Below the pieces are notes generated by a model. That model was not told the DNA's origin. It did no database searches and saw nothing but the letters and a program-made list of their open reading frames with translations. A stretch of 64,000 bases of DNA from Azolla caroliniana (lineage: Eukaryota; Plantae; Polypodiophyta): positions 17,670,001 through 17,734,000 of the forward strand of contig JBHGNT010000013.1 of the NCBI GenBank assembly GCA_043228905.1, written 5' to 3'. Shown one piece after another: positions 24,742-46,468 of this stretch (its first letter is position 1; every line of letters begins with the position of its first letter). Position numbers and translations under genes: made by a program.

Positions 24742-27106
24742 TCATCCATCCACATACTTTTTCATCAGCCTTTTTTCACCTCTTCGCAATTCCTCACCAC
24801 TACCACGAGCGGTGGCATCCTTGGCTCGTGTATCAGGTGAACTCTGATATTGAGGAGATCCTACACCACTTTTCCTTGTCCTACGTGAAGATTCATCGGA
24901 CCCACTACCGGCCCTCTCTTTTTCTCTTCCTGGAGTGGAAGTGAATCTATTGCTATGAACCCGATGAATGCTGGGATCATATGTTTGTGATGCAAGGTAT
25001 GTGAGTGCAGTTACTACATCTCCAATGAGAGGCCGATGTGACGCTTGTTCTTGAAGACACATGGCTGCCACTGCAAGAGCTTGGTATAATCCTCGAGTTG
25101 GGTATCGACCCTCGAGCATCGGATCTGCCATCTGAGGGAACTTCCTCCGGTCCTTGAATAAGGGGCGTGCCTTGAAAAACAATGTGAATTTTTTAGCACA
25201 GCCCTTCATAAAGGTTAAGTAAAACAGAAACATTGTTCAGAGTCAAAAAAACATATATATCACAGTAGTAATAGATAGATAACACTATCTGCATGAACTA
25301 CTGATCAGTGTCAATATACATACAATATCGCATGCATAACATCCATACACAGATAAAAAAACAGTAGAAGAAACATCAAGAAATGTAAAGGTACACCAGC
25401 GCACACATGCCGCAACAAGATTTGTCCTCCAGAAGTCACGTTCTTTATGTAATCAGTTGTACATATGTCATATGGAGAGATATAAAAGAGTATTAAGGAA
25501 AATGGTAGGTAAAACATAATAATAAACTGTCAAGAGACATATAGCCAAGCACCAAGATTGTGGTTATTATATATGTAGATAAAAACATCAATAGCGAGAT
25601 AAAATATCAGTGAACCATCAAGACATAAAGAAATATACTCAATTTGCATGCTACATACCCAGGCAACAAGGTTGTGTTCTCCAGGAGTTCTATCATTATC
25701 GATTGCTTTCCTTCCAGTAATCAGTTCAAGTAACACAACCCCAAAACTATACACATCGGATTTCAACGTAAGCTGGCCGGTCATTGCATATTCTGGAGCA
25801 CAATAACCATATGTTCCCATAACTCTTGTCGAGACATGGGTTTTGTCGCCAACAGGTCCAAGCTTCGCTAATCCAAAATCTGATAGCTTCGGATGGAACC
25901 CAACATCCAGAAGGATGTTTGAAGATTTTAGATCTCGATAAATTACAGGAGGATTAGCTTTGTCATGCAAGTATTCCAAACCTCTTGCTGCCCCCGCAGC
26001 AATCTTCATTCTAGTGTTCCAATCTAAAGGTTCTCTCTCGGGAACCATGTCTGCAAGAGAAAGACTGAAACACCTGTTACTATCCTTAAAAGCTTTTATT
26101 ATGCATAAACAAATTGCAAAAACTCACACAATAAAAGCATATTAAGAAGGAGCAGGTTTCCAACGAAGTTAAGAAAATACCATATAAATGATCTTCAAGA
26201 GAGCCAAGTGGCATGAATTCATAGACTAATAGCCTTTGGTCTCCATCAGCACAGTAACCAATCAGATTTACAAGATTGGAATGATGAAGTAGACTTAGCA
26301 TTAGCACCTCTACTAGAAACTCCCTGTTTCCCTGCAATCCATTCCGGTCAAGTTGTTTGATGGCCACTATCTGAAATTTCAACAGGAAAAACACATTCAT
26401 TGTGGTTTGCTCTAAATCCTTTCATCAATCACATGTGACATCGGAAGGGATAGTGATTACAGAAACAAGGTAGAAACAGATCATTTTCTGAGAACAAAGA
26501 TTCTTCCATCCAAATTGATGGCCAGGATATAATGATGGCTTTTGCGTCACATATGCACCAAATTTGTTGTCAGGTGAATGGAAGACATTCAGAAGTATAA
26601 TGGGCTTGATTTTGTTATGATAGCTGCCTTTGTAAATCTAAACTAGTATATAATGGGGTATGATGTACATGTTGTGATTGTCCAAGGAAAATGCAACTAT
26701 GGTCTTTAGCATGATACTCTATATTTTCAACTTAATCGCCAAACAAAAAGACAATTCTGTTTTTTTCAACATTTTATCAGTACAAACTACGCAATGATAA
26801 AAAAAACATTCTCACAAAAGCGAAGTACATATTGCACTTTGTTTTTTAGATTTCAATGTCGCACACTGTCATTGAAACTTTCTCGAGAGTCAATGCACAT
26901 GCTTGGTGAACTTGGTTAACACATAGACTAGATCAATTGCTTTAGCAAGTGACATGGTACAATGAAATACGTATAATTTGTTGATAAATTTGGAGTTTAA
27001 TCTTTTGTGTTGAAGTAAACAAAAGTGATCGCACATCATATTTGTTAATAGTGCCTTTTACATCTCGAACTTGAGATCTGGCCTTATATTTCCGTTTACC
27101 ATAATC

Positions 27107-27147
<41 letters not shown>

Positions 27148-27156
27148 TCTCCCTCT

Positions 27157-27203
<47 letters not shown>

Positions 27204-28991
27204 TCCTTCATGACAACACAATCTTCTTTTTAGAATTTGCCTCCTAGAGTCAGTTTAAGCTTTCATCACTCAAATTCTTATATTTATTTTTATGCCATCC
27301 CTTTGTGATTGCAACCTTGTTTACAGCCATAACAACGCATTTTTTCTTTTTCTTTTATTAAATGCATCTTCACGTTTTTTTAAATCATTCTTCTTACTTG
27401 TTTTTTCTAGCACACAAAAGTGCATCTCCGAGCATTGCACATATTATTTCCCAGATGATTTACTTTAAATATAGAGTTATTTTGTGCTATCTGTTTGATT
27501 CTATCCATATCCTAGAAGCATGACAAAACATGCATGCAATTAAATATTAAGCAAAAGAAATATTTAAATCAGGTAGCCATAATCTAACATTCTGTTATAC
27601 TAAGATAATATTGAATGCAATCTTGAAGACATTGACATGTTACCTGTCCAGTATCATCAAGACGACCCTTATATACACTACCGAATCCACCTTCCCCTAT
27701 GAGACAATCTGGTCTAAAATTCTTTGTAGCTGAAGCTAACTCCTTAAATGTGAAAGTGTGAGCTGCAATATGATGAGTGTTGCCATCCTTCTTCCCTTCA
27801 TTCTCCTTCTTACTATCAAATGAGGGTTTTGACTTCAGTTTATCTGCAAATATAATGAAAAGAAAAAAGAAAGAGTACGCTGAAACCACTACCAAAGTTT
27901 CTATTTCTCAGATTATATGAATCAGATCAAAACAAAGAAAAGAATAGAAAAATATGTACATGTTGAAACAACTAAGAAAGTGTATATGTCTCAGGTTATG
28001 GCTACCACTCATTACCTATATGGTATCTCAGGTTTTGATCTGATCTCATCTATGTTCATGAGTCATATGATTACTCAGGTTAATTATCTGAATTTTCTCA
28101 CTAATTATAATGTCTATCCATCCTACTACCTAAGTCATGGTACAAATAAAGATTATTTGTACCCAAAACCAAGATAAACTAGGATGCTCTGTCCTTTCTA
28201 ACTCTAAAATCCCAGTTAAAATTGCATTACAACCATGATTTTCATTCTCTCTCGACTTGATCTAATGTAATGATGGAACAAAGGTAAGTTATATATTTTG
28301 ATCTTCGAGATTCCACAAAGAGAGCTTCGGAACTCAAAACTAAAGAATAAAATAAATTATATATAAGATCATACCTAGATTGTTCAGATAATCTCTACAT
28401 TTTTACATTAAAGATTCTACAAAGAGAGCTTTAGATCACAAAGCGAAAGCACATATTATGATGATTTTGGACTAAGTTAAACCACAAAGAGAGCTTCGGA
28501 TCACAAAGCTAAAGCACAAAATGACTATCTATAAGGTCGAACCTGGAATTTTTGAATACATATATAACATCAATGCCAGAAATCTTAGCACAGGCACACA
28601 AAATGCTATGTATATCTCTGCCTATATATATGCTGCACATAAAAAATATATATAAACAACGCCCATTAACGTACATATACTTTGCACATACATACATGTC
28701 AAAGCATACACGCATGCATACATAAATGAAAACATGTCGAAGCATATATACGTACATGCATACAAAAATTAACATACATATATACTTCAAGCGTACAGGC
28801 CTGATGATTCAATAGAAAATTAGCAAAAGGTCAAATGTTGGATGGTTAAAACAAAGATATAGAATGACTTTATCTCGTCTTTTACCTGAGGTCAGCTTCT
28901 TGCTAATTTGGGATTTGGGCGAGTATGAAGAGTCCCTGATGCTCCCATTTTTACTCAAAGAAGAAATCTCCTTTGAAAAGCAACAGCCCAT
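24742..28991 (-). CDS. RLCK-VII kinase, PBS1/PBL27-like (438 aa)
   Basis: Exons 28991-28886, 27843-27644, 26370-26181, 26050-25659 and 25170-24742 (1317 nt, in frame, GT-AG). MGCCF acylation start, [88 protein letters not shown]. Confidence 0.97.
27110..27206. repeat. (CT)n microsatellite in intron 2 of the PBS1-like gene
   Basis: Directly visible. Confidence 0.95.
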
Positions 28992-29209
28992 CTCATGAGA
29001 TCTCTTCTCTGTTCTTCACTGAAGCTCTCTTCTCTAAATTGCTCTTCTCTAGAATCCTTTACTCTGTTCTACACTACTCTCTTCTTCACTATCAGTCTAC
29101 CCAAAAGCTCTCTCTTTCTTTCTTTCTTTCTTTCTCCTCTCTCTCTCTCTCTCTCTCGAGTACATTTTGTGCTTCGGATCGGAAATCTGAGATGGATCTA
29201 ATAAGCCAC

Positions 29210-29247
<38 letters not shown>

Positions 29248-29299
29248 CGTGCAATGTGGCTACATTAAGGAAAAAAGGAGACGGAGATCTTTATAACTT

Positions 29300-29460
29300 T
29301 ATGTATGTATGTATGCTATGTATGTTACATGTATGTATGTATGTATGTATGTATGTATGTATGTATGTATGTATGTATGTATATTGCATGTGTATGTATG
29401 TTGCATGTGTATGTATGTATGCATGCATGCATGTATGTATGTATGCATGCATGTATGTAT
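29300..29460. repeat. (TATG)n microsatellite upstream of the PBS1-like gene, next to a (GA)n tract at 29212-29244
   Basis: Directly visible. Confidence 0.95.
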
Positions 29461-31012
29461 AGTGTTTATAGATACATCAAATGCCGCTCATCATTTTCTC
29501 TATTTTCTCCAAACTTGCGATTCACCTGTGAGTACCCAAACATCGAAAGAGCAATTGCTGCTTGTCGTGTTTCCTATGTTTTGAGCAAGTTAATGGTAGT
29601 TCAAACCCCCTTCACTTGTTCTTCTCCTTCGCCCTTATTGATTCAAAGCACTTATATGCTCGAATTATCTCGCTATCACTATCTTTTGGAAAGTTGATCG
29701 AAGGTGTCTAGGGACTTGGACGAAAACTCGAGAGCATCGGAGATATACCCAAACGTGAGGAGAAGAGAGAGTTTTTTAATTTAGTAGGTAGAAATTTCAA
29801 AGACAATTAGAGTGTTTGTTTGAAAGGTCTGGAGAGAGAAATAGTTTATGCTAAACTAAGAGATATATAAGGAATGGAAAAAGATCCAAACTTGGAGCGA
29901 GATAGATTCCTTGTCATGATACTCACAAGTCAACTATGATCTATGGGACCAAATAAAATGACACAATTTCATGTATAGTGTGTGCGAAGTTCATTGGTGA
30001 CGCACTATTCAAAAGAGAGGGGTTTTTAGAGAATGATGATGGTAAGAGGTTTCTTAAGCGCAAGAAGATATCATATGGCCCAAAATTATAGAGTATTGGA
30101 TAGGATCGTTGTAGATATTCAATAGAGTGAGATCGTAGAAAGAACAAGGATAAAGGTAGAAATTTCACAAAGAGACTTTGTAGAGAGTAAAGCACAACAA
30201 GGCAATGTACAAACACTTTGTATCCATTGGGGAATGTTGTTAAGACTCATATAGGAGAAACCATCTAGAGACATTGACACGTATTACCATACAAAGTGAC
30301 ACGTATTGCCATACAAAGTCACGTACAATGAAATCAAAGAAAATGCGAGAATGACCTCAAGTGGCAAGGAAGGCATGTCTCTTTTCTTTGGCCACGTTGG
30401 CAATTCTAAGTGACCTTTTTAATAGTGAATATAAAGCCCAATATGCTTTTTTAAAATTCTAAAGAAAGAGGGAGGGGGCATAAACAATCCAAATTAAAAG
30501 TCGACCATGGGTAAGTGTTATGATTTGAAAAATGGCCGATTTTTACATAGGGAGGGATAAAGTTTCTGAATTAAAGGTAGCACAATTTTTAAGAGATGGA
30601 TGGATAGATTTGTTTTTAATGTCCATGAGAGAACATTTGCAATAAGTGATGTACGATTTTAGAGAGGAGAGGACGAGGGGAGCCAATTTTATAAAACCGA
30701 TACTCAAAGAGAGAGAGGAAAGTTCCAAACAAGGAGAGAATAAGACGAAGACAACAATGTGTCCAATGAGACTAAAACCATATACAACTTATAGACCTTT
30801 CAAGAAATGAAATTTGACAAACCCTAGTAAACAAAGATACAATCAAAAAGGCAAGATTGAACTTGGTGACCATCCCAAATCTCCATGGACACTTCATCTT
30901 GACACAACTGGATTCAAGGTCGCTTGTAAATGTGTAAGCAATATATGTTTTTTCGATGTGCATGAGAGTACCTTGTCTCTCAAATTGGTTTGCATATGCC
31001 TTTTCAAGCTCC

Positions 31013-31052
<40 letters not shown>

Positions 31053-34000
31053 CTACATTTTCTAGAGGGGGTGATTTTCTTTTGTTCACATTCCATACTT
31101 TTTCTCAAACTTATTGAAGAGAATCTTGATTTTCTACAATTATTTATAATAGACCCTTGGAAATGGTTAGAAATTCTAAATAATGTCATATTTGACTAGT
31201 ATAACTTCATATGTCACATGCATGGTTAACAAAAGCTATTGCACTAACATCATATGCTAGCATGTGACTAACTGCTCATTTACCAAGACCATCAACTTTA
31301 CACAATGTGTGGGATAACATATAATAAGCATTCACTTTGCGAGAATTTGACAAAATATACCTTGACTTTGTAAGCCTCTTAGATAATAACAAACTCTGTG
31401 AGTTTGGTGGTTATGAAAAGGTATGTTGAGATATGATCATGTCGGTGCCCATCAATTTCTCATCACTGCTATTTAATATGTGCACAACCAAGGTCCAATG
31501 AATAAGAAAATGCATATGATTAAAATATATCATTTTGACTTCAAAAGCGATGTACATGCTTTCATGTTTGCATTTAAGCTTTGACCCTATAACATGTTTA
31601 TGGTAGGTCACACTCATAACTTTTACTTAACCACGATACAATGCACTAAGATTATGTCCAAATGAGATAGTTCCATGATTGTTTGCAGGTTGATGGGGTA
31701 TTTATTCATAATGTTGTGGTGAAAGTGATACAAAAAAGGGCTCCAAAGCCTAGCTCCTAGAGAAATTGGTGGGCATAAAAGTTGAATTTATGCACTTTCT
31801 ACCCAACCAACAACATATATGTATATGTGATACCAAGAAAGGCTCCAAAACATTAACTCTCACAAAAAATTTCAAAGCAATGGAAGTCTGAATGAAGTTA
31901 TGCACTTTCTACCCAACCAACTACATGTATGTCAAAGTTAAGTGGTGGGCACCGCGATGAACAAAGTCAAGTGGGGACACCTGGATGAACTTACACACTT
32001 TCTATCAAACCAATTTATCCAACTAAATAGATGTATGTCGGAGAAAATCGTAATGTTGATAGGTGTTTGCTTATCAAGAAATAAAAAGTGCACGATTTAT
32101 TTGATCGTGACGTAAAAATACTTGTGCCAAGGATTGAGGCTATGATGCAAGACAAATCAAGGCCGTTCACACTCACCCACTCTCTCTCCTATTATATGAA
32201 TGTCGCTGAAACCAGTTTTTCTTCATATGAAGTAAAACCTTACCAAGTCAAAAGCTTTATGAGCTCACCTTCACTAATCTTGTGCATTGTTGTTGTTTTC
32301 GAGAACTTCGTATATATTATGGTAGTTTTAATGCTTTCTAAAATCACTAGTGTAAAAACCAATAGGACTTGTTTGTTCATGAATATTACATGCACATGTA
32401 GATAACAATGTCATTGCAACTCACTCATATTCTAAACTTCTAACTTATTTCAATCATCATATGTAAAAATAAATAATCTCACCTATTGGTTTGTGGCATT
32501 CTAACTTGAATTTGGTGATCAACAATGCATCTATATTACAAGCACGTGTCAATAAAGTCCATGTGCATATCCCACAAAGTTAAATGTGTTAATAGCACAT
32601 GACGTCGACAATTTTAATAATGAGGCAAACGTTTGTGATATGTAAATGGCCACGAAATGTTCCCATGCCTTTGTGGTTCCCCATACGTGCATATATTAAT
32701 GTGAAAAATGCTTGATGAACAATAAACTATAGACTAGATTATGACAAATGTGCAAGCAACAAGAGTCGATGAGCTAGTGAAATTGGACATGCATGCATAA
32801 ATTAACACTATCATTACAAAGTGTTAGATTTCATATTAATATTTAATGCATTCATATGAACAAGGAAACACCTCAATTTCATTGAAGCTTAATACTCATG
32901 GCAAGGAATCACCTCAATTTCATTTGAAGAATAATACTCATGGCAAGTCTGAGAACAACATTCCTAAAAAAATCACATGTGATATTGGTTTTTGTGTGGC
33001 TCATGCATCAATAGTCTTGTTTTTGCATTTTCGCATGTATGTCTTACTACACGTGTAACAATGCATCAAACTTCATATATATTCCCATACCAAGCTTTGT
33101 TTATTTTTCAATGTTGTAACACACACATACAAGCCTAAATTGGGTTTCCATATTGATATATAGAACTATCTAGCTACCTTCTCACCTATATGTCACTCCC
33201 ATCCTCCCCATCCACTTTGTTTCTCCTTGTCTATGCACAATCAACTCAATATCTTTCCATCAAATTGATAAACATACACAAATGCAAACCATGTGTGTGA
33301 GCTTTTTCATCGATCATTATGACTTCATGGATACCAATTCTAAAGGTTTTAAAAATACAAAGAGCACAAGCTCTTTATCCCCTTCACTTGTTGGGGAGAT
33401 GATTCATGATAAGCATTAGTAGAAAAATCTATTATACACCATGAATTCTCATTTATACAAAACTCCCAACAAGAATTAGATTGAAGAATGCAAGATGAAG
33501 AAGTGTTCTACCACATACTTCTGTTATTTTGCTTGCTATAATTTTGTGCAAAATGAATCAAAAGCTATAAAAGACATGAATCTCGGACAACCTTTCCAAA
33601 CAAGATGTACCAAAGAGACCACAAGTTCTTCAATTAAGATGGCAAAACATGAAGGGGCCGTAACTTTCCGAATTATAGTCTACAACCATTTTAGAGAATC
33701 ACGAATCAAAAGTGGTATAAGAAGATGTTATGAATACGGCTTGCTTGATTTCCTATCTGCAGTCCCTTAAATGGTGCAATTTTCCCATGAAATGATTTAG
33801 AATTGTTAACTTATTTGTTAAAATGAGACGTGTTAATAATCTGGTAACGATAAGGTTATACAAGTACCAGAAAGCATGTAGAGATGTAAACAGACAAAAT
33901 ATCACAACATATACATTTCACCTGCGTTCTTCCCATCATGTTTTTCCAAGCCATTATCAACATAGCAATATAATAGGGCATTCTTTTGAGCTTTGTATTC

Positions 34001-34241
34001 GCCCGGATTCTTTTGAAGCAAATATGGGTCACTGATGTATCCTACTCGAATTTGAGTAATAATATATAGCCAACAATGGTGAAATTAAGTTGGAGAAGTC
34101 AAAGAAATAGCTGTACAAGAAATCAAAGCTCTCCACCTTCACATAAACCAATTCCATGATGTGCAAGTCCACAAGAACTCTCGAGGAGTATATGGACTTT
34201 TTTCTCAAGAACTATGATCAACTCGTCGATACAAGCTGAGA

Positions 34242-41268
<7,027 letters not shown>

Positions 41269-41502
41269 GATCTCTGAGATGTTGGAAGCAGGAGAAGGAT
41301 TGGAGGACGAAGGAGATGGAGATGGAGATTCAGCGAGCGAAACGGGGACGAAGACGTAGTATGTAGGTGGACAGAAACAAATAGTAAACGCTTCGCGATG
41401 AGGAAACGTGAAACTGATGAGGAAACGCGAATGATAAGACACAGAAGAGACAGAGAGAGACAGAGAGAAACAGAGAAACGGAGTCAGATGAAGTGAAAAT
41501 TG

Positions 41503-41580
41503 CTTTTATAGTCCGTTCAAATACGTGCACACGTGGCCTTTTCCCGGTTTCACACTTGTCCGGCCATCCCAGCCCACCCA
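41503..41580 (-). promoter_or_regulatory. Putative Rab core promoter: TATA box, G-box/ABRE, site-II-like element
   Basis: TATAAAAG on minus at 41503-41510; CACGTG (ACACGTGGC) at 41530-41535; AGCCCA at 41571-41576; followed by a CT-rich 5' UTR on minus. Confidence 0.55.
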
Positions 41581-41621
41581 AAAAACACAGAACACAAAAA
41601 ACAAACAACAAAATACGAAAC

Positions 41622-41842
41622 CATAGTATGAACCATACGTGCATTTTTTGCATTCGAGAATGTTTTCAATCCTTTTTCGAGTATGGTAAATATCATACTT
41701 TTTGTATTCATTATTTATTATAAGGTTTTTTTTTAAGGTAAAATGAGTTTTTTTTTTTAACATAACAATGTTTTGATAACATACGCATTCGTATGAAAAA
41801 CCCGAATGTTTGCCTATGCATTCGAGTATATTACATACTATG
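41622..41842. mobile_element. Small hAT-type MITE (CATAGTATG TIR), copy A
   Basis: Perfect 9-bp TIR CATAGTATG...CATACTATG. Flanks ATACGAAAC / ATACGAAC form a near-perfect 8-bp TSD. Homologous to 46967-47211. Confidence 0.75.
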
Positions 41843-42319
41843 ATACGAACAATATCTAAAAGTGAAGTCTAAGTGTGTGTCTATGTGTGTGTCTGATTCA
41901 TTTTTATTTCAGCTTTCTTTCAATCCTCGCTTCGGACATCCTCAGGAACATGGCGCACATCTCTAGAGAACTCAAAAAAACCCCCAACGTGTTATGAGCA
42001 TTTTTCCCTCTGTGTTCTTCATACGCTGCGCCCAACTGACTCCTGTTTGCAGGTTTTTAGCTTTTTCCAATTGTCTGGTAATTTTCATTTCTCAGAAGAA
42101 GCTTTGCAAACGTCTCAATGGTGTTCGCCTCGTGGACCACGTTGGCCTTTATAAAGATGATGATCTATTCCTTCTTCTACGATTTGTACCATGTATCTCC
42201 CCTTCTCTCGTCAATATATCGAGAACGTGAATACCATTGATCCACGTTAATGGTATCATTTAGAGTCGTGTCTAACATAAGGCACCACCCACACAGGTTG
42301 GTCTCCCCTGCTAATATTG

Positions 42320-42323
<4 letters not shown>

Positions 42324-42376
<53 letters not shown>
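42324..42376. repeat. Compound (GA)n(GT)n microsatellite
   Basis: Directly visible. Confidence 0.95.
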
Positions 42377-42378
<2 letters not shown>

Positions 42379-43129
42379 CCAAGCCCCATGTCGTGAACTA
42401 GGCCATGTCTCATGTATCGCAATCGATCTATCGTGAACATTAAAAAGATATATGCATCGATATATCTACTAAGGGAGGGGATTGCCAGTTTTTGTTGGAA
42501 ATCTTGAAGATCTTATCACCATAGGAGGTCTAATGAATGTGAGTTCGTGAGACATCGTATTTGCCTCTTGTAGTGGCCATTTCACCACGCATATTCATAG
42601 TCTAGATTGTATGGTATCTCAATTGAGACCCTTGGGTTGTTTGTCTTTGCTTTCTCTTCATATTTGATACAACTTTATCTATTGAAATAAAATATGTTGG
42701 TAGCCAACTTAGAAAATCTTATTGATGTGGCCCAAGGAGATGCCTATCTTCTAGTTATAGTATATTTCGCCCAACAAAAGTTGTTGCTCTCCTAACAAAT
42801 ATAATGGAAAGACGATGTTTTTATGGAGAAGATAAACAACACCACAACATATCAATAAGAAGACAACGGTGCTAGAAGAACAAGAAGCCAAGAGAAACAA
42901 CACCATTATTATTGTTGTTGGCTGGAGTGAAAATCACACAATGACCATTGTAGTAGTACTAACAACAATACTATTGTTGTTATTGTGCATGCAACCATTT
43001 TGATTTTCATCACGATTTCCTTTGTCTTAAGAATAAAGCTACGCACAAAATGATTGTTGCAAAAAGGAGTGAGGTAGTTGAGAATGGTCAAAAGTATAAT
43101 TTAAGTGGACAAGCGATGAAAGTGTGCCT

Positions 43130-45200
43130 AGTAGTACCATGTATGTATAATGTTAATACAAAAACACAAGTGTCAACATGTAATATTTTTCCTTTATGAT
43201 TAGTTTTTTTGGCAACATTTCATCGTAAACGCCAATTCACATAAACTAAATGAGACAATTAAAAGCTAAATAGCTAACACAAAACGATGCCCAATTGTCT
43301 AGATATGTAATATTTGGTCAATTGTTCCTTGGTTTTGCCAAGGCTTGTCTCATGACAACTTTTCCTTGTCTATCGTAGGTTTTTCCTTCTTCCATCAAGA
43401 ATCATTGGCCACCCTTGACAAGATAGAGAATAATGTTATAAACTTTTAATGCAACTTCATATATGACCTCATGTTTTTGTTTGACATCTCGTCATTAACA
43501 TGCCCAGGTAGTAAATCCGAATAGGTTAGAATCCATCCTTCGGACATCACGTTGAGGTGGCTAAATATATTTCAAGCCGAGTTGCCACATACGATTATAA
43601 CTCCTACGAACAATCACACTTGAATCTTTACAATATATTACGGATTTGTGCCTGCCATGCAAGTATTTATATTTTATACATGTTGTTCAATGTTATTGTT
43701 CAACCTTTCGAATTTGAAGCAACAACAAATTCAATTGTCACCTATTGAATAGGTGGAAAACAACATATTACATGCTAAAGCACATGAGTATATGAACGTG
43801 TTGTCTTTATACTTTATACATCTTATACATATGGTGTATCTTGTTAATCAACTTTCTCAATCCCATTTGAATTAGTAATTCAATGCCAAGCATATTTCGC
43901 AAGCAATCATGAATTACCATTTAGACCAAAATGTTGTTTGAATTTTGATCCTTTAGAAAGGAGACTTAACCTAATGATAAATCAATATTTCTTCAACGCT
44001 AATGTTAAGGCCTTCCAAATGTTTCACAAATTTTAAAATCCCATGCTTCAAGCCCCCAAAACTAGGTTTAGACAACTTGTCATTGTTTCGCCTTGAAATA
44101 TGCTACTAGCAAGGGTACGAAGTAAGCATTGCACAAAAAGGTTCAAGAGATATCGTGTTTTAAGCATGCTTGAAGTGGATATTGGTGCTATTTGGATCTC
44201 TTTTGTGAAGTTACAATTTTGATATACCACACCTTATATGGAAAACAAAAGTTGAAAGAGTGTGTCTTTCTTCATAAGCTACTGTCAACTATATTCCCGT
44301 GTGGGGAACGTGATGTATTTAAAACTATTCTACAACATACATACTCTACACGCAATCATAAATAGTCCTTCCAACCTAAAAGCCCCGATTATTGTTTGAG
44401 GTATAGTTTGATGTTGCATGTTTGTAACTTATTACATCTACACCATGACAAAAAGTTGGCCACAGTCGTGGCTTGAATAAAAGTTTGTTTTCTTTGAAGG
44501 GTCCGAGTATTATTGATTTAAGGGTCTATGTATATATTGGCTTTTCCCATCAATGTGCAATGTTCTATTTTTTGGCTTTTTCAAATGATTTCCAAAGTTC
44601 CAACCTTTTATTATTTATGCAACTACAATAATATAGTTAAGGTTAACACTTTTTCAACACGATAATGCTAAACATTGTGCGAGGTGTGAAGTTGGAGAGA
44701 TCAATTGCAACAATGCTTGCCCCATCAACATTGATAAGGCAAACAAGCATATGGGTATGTGTTTATGAGTTCGATAACTCATATTATTAGACTATCGAGG
44801 ACAATAACATGCACACACGCACACACACACACACACACACACTCTCTCTCTCTCTATCTCAACATATGGTTGTTGAGGAGGAGTTGGCAATTATCTTATA
44901 TTTTTACAACAAAACTATATTTGTAAATTATTGAGCCTCTGAACATTGTCTTTGTCATATTTCTTCGGTTAGACATTGTTTTCCACATCATCCCCAAACT
45001 AGATCATCCATTGGATACCACATCTCCAAATAACCTTTCCAACATAGTCTTCCAAAAGCTTATAATTACAGAAAATGGATAATTTTTTAATATTTCGTGA
45101 AACTTCTCACAATAATTCATTTTGGAATTTGTTGTGGATATCTTAAACTTTGATGCAGTAATGGTAAACATTTAATAACCAAATATATGTTCCCATAATA
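43130..45200 (-). mobile_element. Degenerate hAT transposase relic
   Basis: Minus strand 43260-43170 gives SLCELAFTM...KTNH...KLHVDT, a frameshifted version of the hAT dimerization motif CERxFSxMNxxKTxxRxxL. IHHVPH near 44300 resembles IHCxAH. Confidence 0.45.
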
Positions 45201-46052
45201 TATCGTGATTCCTGACCTAAGTCCTATATGTAGCTTTAGAGACATTAACTAGGACAATTAAGGACAATCTCATCTAGGATAAAGAATTAGACATTAACTA
45301 GGATGGCGGCTGGCTAGTAGGTTGCTAATATAATAAAAAATTGTCTTAATGTGCTTAGGATTTGAATGTATTGTAATTTGTGTCTATATTTATAGCATAA
45401 ATTTGGTTGCCTAGCGTGTTTTCTTTGGTGTCTTATACACATTGATCACTTTTGTTTAAGAGTCAAGACATAGTTCATGAAGCTCTCACAATGACTTGCA
45501 TAGAAACAATCATATAATTGTCATTGGGTTTAGGAATTTTGGGCCACGCTCTCACTATGACCGTTATTATCAAGCTTATCTAGGTTTTAGTTAACGAGCA
45601 ACAGGTTTCTCCAAGACTCTCTTATTGAAAATGGATAGAAGTACAATTGTGTACTACATTGAGTGGGATATTCATATGACGAGGATGGCAACCTAACAAG
45701 CCTTTAAGGATTAATGTTTTGTTACACATTGTCCAATGTGAGAGTAAGTGTTCATGAATGCATCATACTCTTAAGAACATCCATTGCGTCAATATTTGCA
45801 AGGTAAAGGGGAGTTCCATACGTCGACTTGTTAAGCCACTTTTGGCAATTAAACTTAGGTATCGACTAACCAAATATTGCTTCCGTTGAACACGCCCCCA
45901 CGGTCTTGCAATTTGTCCACAAAACTTGAAATGAAACATAGCCCATAACCAAAATAGTTTCCTACTTAGGCTCTACATTTTCCGAGCGTGTAACAATCCA
46001 ATGAGCGGGTAAGGCACACAAGATTGAACAAATGACTTCACTAGCAAACAAT

Positions 46053-46468
46053 TAACAATCGGCAACAGTTTGGTTTGAACCAAACCGAACCGCGGTTTAA
46101 CGGTTCGGTTCGGTTTCAATAGTCGAAAACCGCGGTTTAAACGGTTTTTTATTTTTAAAAATTTTAAAAATTCTAAAAGATTGTTTTTAAACAATCTTTT
46201 CATTTTAAGACCTTATTCTCACATTTTAGGAACATCTTTAAAATTTTAAAAAATGAAATATTATAAATTTTAAACAATAAAAAATAAAAAATTTGACCTA
46301 TGTTGAAAACCGAAACCGAATCACGAAACCGCGGTTTTTACGGTTTAATGGTTTGAAAAATGTTTCACGATTCGGTTTAACGGTTTCGTGGTTTGGTTTG
46401 GTTCAAGTTTCAAAAAAATTAAATGGTTCGGTTTGGACCCTCTCAAACCGAACCGTTGCCGATTGTTA
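46053..46468. mobile_element. hAT-type MITE (416 bp)
   Basis: TIR TAACAATCGGCAACAGTTTGGTTTGA / TCAAACCGAACCGTTGCCGATTGTTA. Perfect 8-bp TSD CAAACAAT (46045-46052, 46469-46476). AACCG subterminal repeats. Confidence 0.93.

Noticed and set aside
29256-29697. ORFs rich in MYVC/HTYI (also 13664-13883)
   Set aside because: Translations of TATG/TACA microsatellites.
29700-33800. Possible decayed TE coding sequence between the PBS1-like and Rab genes
   Set aside because: Composition suggests old TE debris, but I could not read a diagnostic motif; needs BLASTX.
41396-41432. Hammerhead ribozyme core (CTGATGA...GAAAC)
   Set aside because: Only 1 nt lies between CTGATGA and GAAAC, so there is no stem II and no flanking stems. 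It is a short duplication antisense to the Rab 5' UTR.
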